DNA of 5,532 nucleotides from Candidatus Iainarchaeum sp. (lineage in GTDB: Archaea > Iainarchaeota > Iainarchaeia > Iainarchaeales > CSSED10-239). Location of the stretch: positions 1 to 5,532 of the forward strand of contig PWLL01000037.1 of NCBI GenBank assembly GCA_003559395.1, read 5' to 3'. How positions within the stretch are numbered: position 1 is the first letter of the stretch; the number at the start of each line of letters is the position of its first letter. Below are positions 1 to 3,875 of this stretch, one piece after another. Position numbers and translations under genes: made by a program. Below the pieces are notes generated by a model. The model was given only the letters and a program-made list of their open reading frames with translations. It ran no database searches and had not been told where the DNA came from.

Positions 1-170
1 ACGACCGCAACGCCCCGGGGTCTGGCGGACAGGGCGGCGGCGGCGACGGCGTCGTCATCGTCGCCTACGCGTACACCGAAGACACCGACGACCCGGCGAA
101 CCTGCAAGCGACGGTGGACGGGTCCGACGTGCACCTGACCTGGGACCCCTCACCGCTGGTGCCCGCATGA
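1..170 (+). CDS. 3' end of a glycine-rich minor tail-type protein (partial; the start lies upstream of the window)
   Basis: The frame is open from nt 3 to TGA 168-170. It translates to DRNAPGSGGQGGGGDGVVIVAYAYTEDTDDPANLQATVDGSDVHLTWDPSPLVPA*. A Gly run followed by DGVVIVAY is the C-terminal signature I associate with glycine-rich minor tail proteins of actinobacteriophages. The stop overlaps the next start (ATGA at 167-170). Confidence 0.7.
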   Translation, partial: DRNAPGSGGQGGGGDGVVIVAYAYTEDTDDPANLQATVDGSDVHLTWDPSPLVPA

Positions 171-511
171 GCTTAGACGTCCAGGTCGAGCACTGGTGGG
201 GTCATCTCCCACTTGAGATCTTCGATGGGCTCGATGGTCCATCGGGAGGGGTGACGCGCATCTATATCCGTCGTGGGGCCGAGACGATGATCCTGTCTGG
301 GTTCGACAACTACTGGATCGGTGGCGAAAGGTTCGGGCTCTTCAACGACGAAGAGAACTTCGACTGGTACGAGGGCGAACAATCGGCAGGGTGGTGTTGG
401 CCTGAAGGCAACAACCCTCGTCGTGACGATCTGCCGATCCCTGACGATGCGATCATGTGGCGTGGCGTGATGTTGCCTGACGATCAGGCGAAGGAAGTGG
501 GGCTGTTATGA
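167..511 (+). CDS. hypothetical Trp-rich 114-aa protein in the tail module
   Basis: This is the ORF given in the track. It has ATGA stop/start overlaps at both ends (167-170 and 508-511), which implies translational coupling with its neighbours. Its GC-rich codon usage matches the flanking genes. It has 7 Trp in 114 aa. I recognise no family. Confidence 0.7.
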   Translation: MSLDVQVEHWWGHLPLEIFDGLDGPSGGVTRIYIRRGAETMILSGFDNYWIGGERFGLFNDEENFDWYEGEQSAGWCWPEGNNPRRDDLPIPDDAIMWRGVMLPDDQAKEVGLL

Positions 512-3153
512 CCACCCGCTTCTTCTTCCAGAACACCTCCAATGAGCCTGGCACGGGGACCGACGAACCGCACGTCCGTGACCTTGCCGAAGCGCAAGGT
601 GATGCGGGGACGGTGTCGAACTCGGCGGGCAACACCTCTACCGACACGGAGGTGATGCGGTTCCAACGGCAGGTCGATGTCGAGGGCATCGAGAACATCG
701 CCGGGTCCATCCGGGTGACGGTGTTGACGGCCGACACGGCGTTCTCGCTGGAACTGCGACGCTACGACTCCAACGGCACGACCCTACTGGGGACGGGTGA
801 CAGGTCGCCTGAGTTCGACACGGTCGGGGTGCACACGTTCTCGCTGAACTCGTTGTCCCTGGACTGGCAAGAGGGCGACGTCCTTGCGATCACGGTCTAC
901 CACCGTCGTACGGGTGGACATGGCGGCAACGACTTCACGGTTGCGACCGGCGATGCGGATTCGTATGTAGATGTGAACGTGGTGGAGGCCGACCCGGTCG
1001 TTGAGGGCAGTGCTGATGATCTCGCCCCTTCAGCCATCGACGAAGTCGCGGGTTCGATCTCGGTCACAGGGTCAGCAACTGAACAAGCGCCTGTTGCTGA
1101 AGATCATGCTCAGGGCGACCTCATCGTCCCGCTTGAAGGGACGATCACTGATACAGCCCCAGTAGCCAGTGATCATGTCCAGGCTGAGGTAACGGTTGCG
1201 GCGACGGGAGAGGATCTCGCTTCCGCAGCTACCGACGAGGTTGCTGGATCGATAGAGATCACGGGGTCGATCGCCGATACAGCCCTTGCGGCAACCGATG
1301 AAGTTCAAGCTCAGGCCAGCGTCACTGGCTCTTCCCAGGACAGTGCTCCGTTAGCAACCGATCAGGTCTCGGGTTCGATCGGTGATGGGGTCGTCGGGTC
1401 CGCTACGGATGAAGCGCCATCGGCGAGTGACCATGCCGTCGGTGAGATCACTTCCACGATCACCTACTCCTCTGGTTCCAACGTCGTCACGGCGGAGATC
1501 GTTAGCGCTGTCGTCACAGGCGCGATCGATGACGCTGCTCCTGTTGCGAGCGATCACGCCGTAACTTCTTTCGCGGTAGACGCGACCGCTGAGGATCTCG
1601 CACCTGTTGCCACGGATCATGCACAGGTCGAGACCACGGTAGTTGTGACTGCCGATGATCTTGCGCCATCGGCGAGTGACCATGTCGAAAGCTCGATAGC
1701 TTCAGAGCCGGGTTCGATCACCGACATCGTGCCATCGGCGAGCGACCACGCTCAGGCCGAGATCACGGTCACGGCCTCAGCCGAGGATCAGGCTCCGAGT
1801 GCGACCGATCACGCAAGCCTCTCTCTGGCTCTTGAGGGTCAGGCGAGCGACGAGGCACTTGCAGCTCATGATCATGCTCAGGGGGAACTGAAGACTTCTG
1901 CTGCTGCGCAGGATGCTGCTGCCTCACCAACCGATCAGATCGAAGGCTCTACCGAGGTCGCGGGTCAGGCAGATGATGTCGCGGCTTCGCCTTCTGACCA
2001 TGTTGAAGGATCGTTCGAGGTTGCGGGTCAGATCGATGACGTTGCACCTTCGTCTTCCGACCATGTTGAAGGATCGGTTCAGGCTGAGCCAGGGACGATC
2101 GCAGATGTTGTTCCGGCTGCTGAGGATGTGGCAGAAGGATCGGCCACGGTCACGGGTACGGCTGATGACCTCGCCCCTTCGGCCACGGATGAGCTGACTG
2201 CAACCACTTCGGTTGTAGGGACGGCGAGCGATACATCCCTCGCAGCATCCGACGATGTGCTGGCAACGCTCATCGCGACTTCGACAGCGCACGATGTCGC
2301 GCCCCTTGCGAGTGACGCGCTCGAAGGAAGCCTCGGGGTCACAGGTCAGGTAGATGACCAGGCTCCTGTTGCACGAGATCATGTCCAGGCCGACATCCCG
2401 GCCGAGCCTGGGACGATCCACGACTTCGCTCCCTCCGTGCATGACGAGGCTCAGGCTCAGGTGAGCTTCTCGGGGAGCGCAGAAGATCTCGTCCCCGCAG
2501 CAAGTGACGAACTCCAGGTCCAGATCACCCTCGATGCTTCCCTGGATGACCAAGCCCCGGCTGCACACGATCAAGCTTCGGCTGAGACTCAGGTCACGGG
2601 GACGGGAGAGGATCAGGCTCTCGCTGCACAGGATCAGGCCGATGCCTCGATCACGGTCACCTCTACCACCGATGACCTCGCCCCTGTGGCGCATGACGAG
2701 GTCACGGGCACGATCACCGAGGCGACCACCGGCACGATCACCGACCAGGCTCCGTCGGCATCGGATCTCGCTCAGGCGGAACTTGCGGTCACTGCCAGCG
2801 TCTCCGACGAAGCGCCTGCGGCGTTCGACGAGATCGTCGGTGTCATACCAGCGATCGGTGACATCACCGACCTCGCTCCCGTGGCGTTCGACCACATCAC
2901 GGGCATCAGTGGTGAGATCCGAGCCATCAGGATCATCGTCGATGGTCCGGGTATCTCCAAGATCGTCCAGGGCGCGAACCGTGCGCAGTTCTTCACCCAC
3001 GGTCCTGGTCAGTCGCACCTCAGAGAGGGGATCGCGATCTCGTATGTGACCTCGGGGGTCGAGATCTCGGCGACTCATATCTTCGGACCAGGGGCATCTC
3101 GTAAGGTTGCGGGACCAGAGGGCTCACGCGTACCCACGGGTCCAGCGATTTAG
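508..3153 (+). CDS. 881-aa repeat-containing putative tail fibre or minor tail protein: N-terminal globular domain of about 168 aa, about 29 x 21-aa acidic repeats, and a 78-aa basic GPG-motif C-terminus
   Basis: It is the longest ORF in the window. An AAGGAAG Shine-Dalgarno sequence lies at 491-497, and the ATG at 508 overlaps the upstream stop. The repeat period of 63 nt is exactly 21 codons. Differences between repeat units are often synonymous, which argues for selection on this frame. It sits directly after a glycine-rich minor tail gene. The tail fibre function is inferred from position and architecture only. Confidence 0.88.
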   Translation: MTTRFFFQNTSNEPGTGTDEPHVRDLAEAQGDAGTVSNSAGNTSTDTEVMRFQRQVDVEGIENIAGSIRVTVLTADTAFSLELRRYDSNGTTLLGTGDRSPEFDTVGVHTFSLNSLSLDWQEGDVLAITVYHRRTGGHGGNDFTVATGDADSYVDVNVVEADPVVEGSADDLAPSAIDEVAGSISVTGSATEQAPVAEDHAQGDLIVPLEGTITDTAPVASDHVQAEVTVAATGEDLASAATDEVAGSIEITGSIADTALAATDEVQAQASVTGSSQDSAPLATDQVSGSIGDGVVGSATDEAPSASDHAVGEITSTITYSSGSNVVTAEIVSAVVTGAIDDAAPVASDHAVTSFAVDATAEDLAPVATDHAQVETTVVVTADDLAPSASDHVESSIASEPGSITDIVPSASDHAQAEITVTASAEDQAPSATDHASLSLALEGQASDEALAAHDHAQGELKTSAAAQDAAASPTDQIEGSTEVAGQADDVAASPSDHVEGSFEVAGQIDDVAPSSSDHVEGSVQAEPGTIADVVPAAEDVAEGSATVTGTADDLAPSATDELTATTSVVGTASDTSLAASDDVLATLIATSTAHDVAPLASDALEGSLGVTGQVDDQAPVARDHVQADIPAEPGTIHDFAPSVHDEAQAQVSFSGSAEDLVPAASDELQVQITLDASLDDQAPAAHDQASAETQVTGTGEDQALAAQDQADASITVTSTTDDLAPVAHDEVTGTITEATTGTITDQAPSASDLAQAELAVTASVSDEAPAAFDEIVGVIPAIGDITDLAPVAFDHITGISGEIRAIRIIVDGPGISKIVQGANRAQFFTHGPGQSHLREGIAISYVTSGVEISATHIFGPGASRKVAGPEGSRVPTGPAI
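1012..2916 (+). repeat. in-frame tandem array of about 29 degenerate 63-nt (21-codon) units inside the 881-aa CDS
   Basis: Residues 169-803 parse into units of 21 aa. A few are 22-23 aa, one is 41 aa and probably holds an extra degenerate unit, and the last is a partial 18-aa unit. The consensus is x-x-D-x-A-P-x-A-x-D-[HEQ]-[VA]-x-[GA]-x-[IV]-x-V-x-G-[ST]. Examples are ADDLAPSASDHVESSIASEPGS and ADDVAASPSDHVEGSFEVAGQ. Asp at unit position 10 is present in all 29 units. Asp at position 3 is present in 28 of 29. Confidence 0.9.
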
Positions 3154-3157
3154 GAGG
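3152..3157 (+). promoter_or_regulatory. Shine-Dalgarno sequence (AGGAGG) for the 113-aa ORF
   Basis: A perfect AGGAGG lies 4 nt upstream of ATG 3162. It overlaps the TAG stop (3151-3153) of the 881-aa gene. Confidence 0.8.
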
Positions 3158-3161
3158 CGAC

Positions 3162-3503
3162 ATGTCCATCACATTGCAGAGAGAGACGACCGAGTACGTC
3201 TACGTCGGGATCCAGGGCAGCACGGTCACCGGTGATGTCGAGATGGCGTTTCTCGAAGCTGGGCTGCGCCCGGACACCGTGGACTGGCACAGCTCGGTCA
3301 AGGTCGAGGACGACCAGAGCCCCCTCTGGGAGGATGCCCAGACTTCGGGGATCGATGGGGACTGGTTCGTCGCGTGTCTGGTCGGGGAGTTCGGCACCGG
3401 GGGCAAGGTGCTCACTCCCGGTGATTACCAGCCCTGGGTCAGGCTCACCGATGACGTCGAGCGACCGGTGCGTATCACCCCGGTCACGGTGGAGATCGCA
3501 TGA
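3162..3503 (+). CDS. hypothetical 113-aa small tail-module protein, predicted beta-rich
   Basis: This is the ORF in the track, with a strong AGGAGG ribosome-binding site and GC-rich codon usage. The pattern ...DW..S...(35 aa)...LTPGDYQPWVRLTDD..PVRI.PV.VEIA resembles small conserved proteins I recall downstream of minor tail genes in actinophages. That recollection is unverified. Confidence 0.8.
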   Translation: MSITLQRETTEYVYVGIQGSTVTGDVEMAFLEAGLRPDTVDWHSSVKVEDDQSPLWEDAQTSGIDGDWFVACLVGEFGTGGKVLTPGDYQPWVRLTDDVERPVRITPVTVEIA

Positions 3504-3530
3504 TCCCTGAAAGGAAGATCGCATGATCCC
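3493..3530 (+). repeat. exact 15-nt direct repeat AGATCGCATGATCCC (3493-3507 and 3516-3530), offset 23 nt, spanning a gene junction
   Basis: Read directly from the sequence. Copy 1 contains the TGA stop of the 113-aa ORF together with an overlapping ATG. Copy 2 contains the ATG of the 71-aa ORF together with an overlapping TGA. Confidence 0.9.
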
Positions 3531-3738
3531 GTGGTTGAGGGTCCCCTATGTTCATGATCCTGCGGATCTCTCATCGATCCACATGGCCGTGGTCACCAAG
3601 GAGATCGAGGAATCCGACTGGAGACCCGCGTACCGGGATACGGTCAAGGGTCAGAAGTACGTTCAGGTCAGGCACACGCTCAAGAAAGGGGAGCAGGTAT
3701 GGATCCGCGACTCGAACGGGATCCGACGAGCCATCTGA
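3523..3738 (+). CDS. hypothetical 71-aa protein, possibly a shortened paralog of the preceding 113-aa ORF
   Basis: This is the ORF in the track. A GAAAGGAAG Shine-Dalgarno sequence lies at 3509-3517, 5 nt before the ATG. It shares motifs with the upstream ORF: [VI]-x-M-A-[FV]..., DW[HR], and L-x-x-G-[DE]-x-(x)-W-[VI]-R. It is short, so the coding call is less certain. Confidence 0.6.
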   Translation: MIPWLRVPYVHDPADLSSIHMAVVTKEIEESDWRPAYRDTVKGQKYVQVRHTLKKGEQVWIRDSNGIRRAI

Positions 3739-3787
3739 CTCCGATGAGTTGTGGACGTGACCTGACAGACGCGCGACCATCGGATAA

Positions 3788-3852
3788 CGCGGCCCCCCGG
3801 TGCCTTCCCAGGTTCCTTCCCCTGATCTGGTTCTCCTCGCCGGGGGGTCGCG
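3788..3852 (+). terminator. GC-rich stem-loop at the module boundary; a non-canonical terminator or regulatory structure
   Basis: Positions 3788-3800 (CGCGGCCCCCCGG) pair with 3840-3852 (CCGGGGGGTCGCG). That gives 13 pairs including one G-U, and two more pairs are possible inward. The loop is about 35-39 nt and pyrimidine-rich. No U-tract follows, so this is not a canonical intrinsic terminator. It lies in the only sizeable intergenic gap (3739-3875), exactly where base composition changes. Confidence 0.35.
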
Positions 3853-3875
3853 CATGACTTCGGGGAGTTGATCTG

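Noticed and set aside
140-300. The FN3-like strand at the end of the upstream ORF continuing into the 114-aa ORF (DGPSGGVTRIYIRRG resembles the FN3 G-V-T-G-Y-x-V-Y-R-x-G motif), which would suggest a frameshifted single gene
   Set aside because: The spacing is wrong, at about 35 residues between the W and the motif. The rest of the 114-aa protein lacks the remaining FN3 pattern, and the ATGA overlap is a normal coupled junction. This is probably coincidence.
519-531. The TTCTTCTTCC run near the start of the 881-aa gene as a programmed frameshift site
   Set aside because: It does not fit an X-XXY-YYZ slippery heptamer in the reading frame (CGC TTC TTC TTC CAG). No downstream structure or alternative-frame extension makes a frameshift product plausible.
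173-737. Minus-strand ORFs at 173..382, 453..737 and 484..666
   Set aside because: They are short and embedded antisense in better-supported + strand genes. Their composition is typical of non-coding frames in GC-rich DNA.
1012-2916. Reading the regular 63-nt periodicity as a CRISPR array or non-coding satellite
   Set aside because: There is no alternation of a conserved repeat with unique spacers. All units are degenerate versions of one another, the period is a multiple of 3, and the array lies in a long open frame with position-specific amino-acid conservation.
1382-3049. Alternative + frame ORFs inside the 881-aa gene (1382..1564, 1913..2197, 2504..3049)
   Set aside because: They are Arg-, Ser- and Pro-rich out-of-frame readings of the repeat array, such as MTNSRSRSPSMLPW.... 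They have no independent start signals and are by-products of periodic codon composition.
1924-3078. 384-aa ORF on the minus strand, antisense to the repeat region
   Set aside because: It is Arg-, Asp-, Leu- and Ser-rich low-complexity sequence lying wholly inside the 881-aa gene. Open antisense frames are expected in GC-rich, stop-poor repetitive coding DNA. There is no ribosome-binding site or sensible start context, and the sense frame shows the synonymous-substitution pattern between repeats.
3200-3760. Overlapping alternative-frame ORFs at 3150..3524(-), 3200..3415(-), 3232..3510(+) and 3548..3760(+)
   Set aside because: They overlap the two small + strand genes that have strong ribosome-binding sites. 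Their products are Arg-, Ser- and Pro-rich, characteristic of off-frame translation of GC-rich coding sequence.
3762-3790. Sigma-70-type promoter for the low-GC gene (CTGACA at 3762-3767 as the -35 element)
   Set aside because: With a 16-18 nt spacer the candidate -10 hexamers are ATAACG, TAACGC and AACGCG. None fits TANNNT, so there is no convincing promoter from sequence alone.
3788-3852. tRNA, a tRNA fragment or an attP core in the structured spacer
   Set aside because: There is no cloverleaf. The only T-arm-like element (CAGG-8 nt-CCTG around GGTTCCTTCC) lacks the TTCRANY loop consensus and has no acceptor or anticodon arms. No integrase gene is nearby.
3744-3857. 37-codon + strand ORF (MSCGRDLTDARPSDNAAPRCLPRFLPLIWFSSPGGRA*) filling the intergenic spacer, in the same frame as the 543-aa gene
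   Set aside because: It has no Shine-Dalgarno sequence upstream of its ATG and runs straight through both hairpin arms. Its length is unremarkable for GC-rich DNA. I keep it only as a remote possibility, for example a leader peptide or a remnant of a longer ancestral 5' end.
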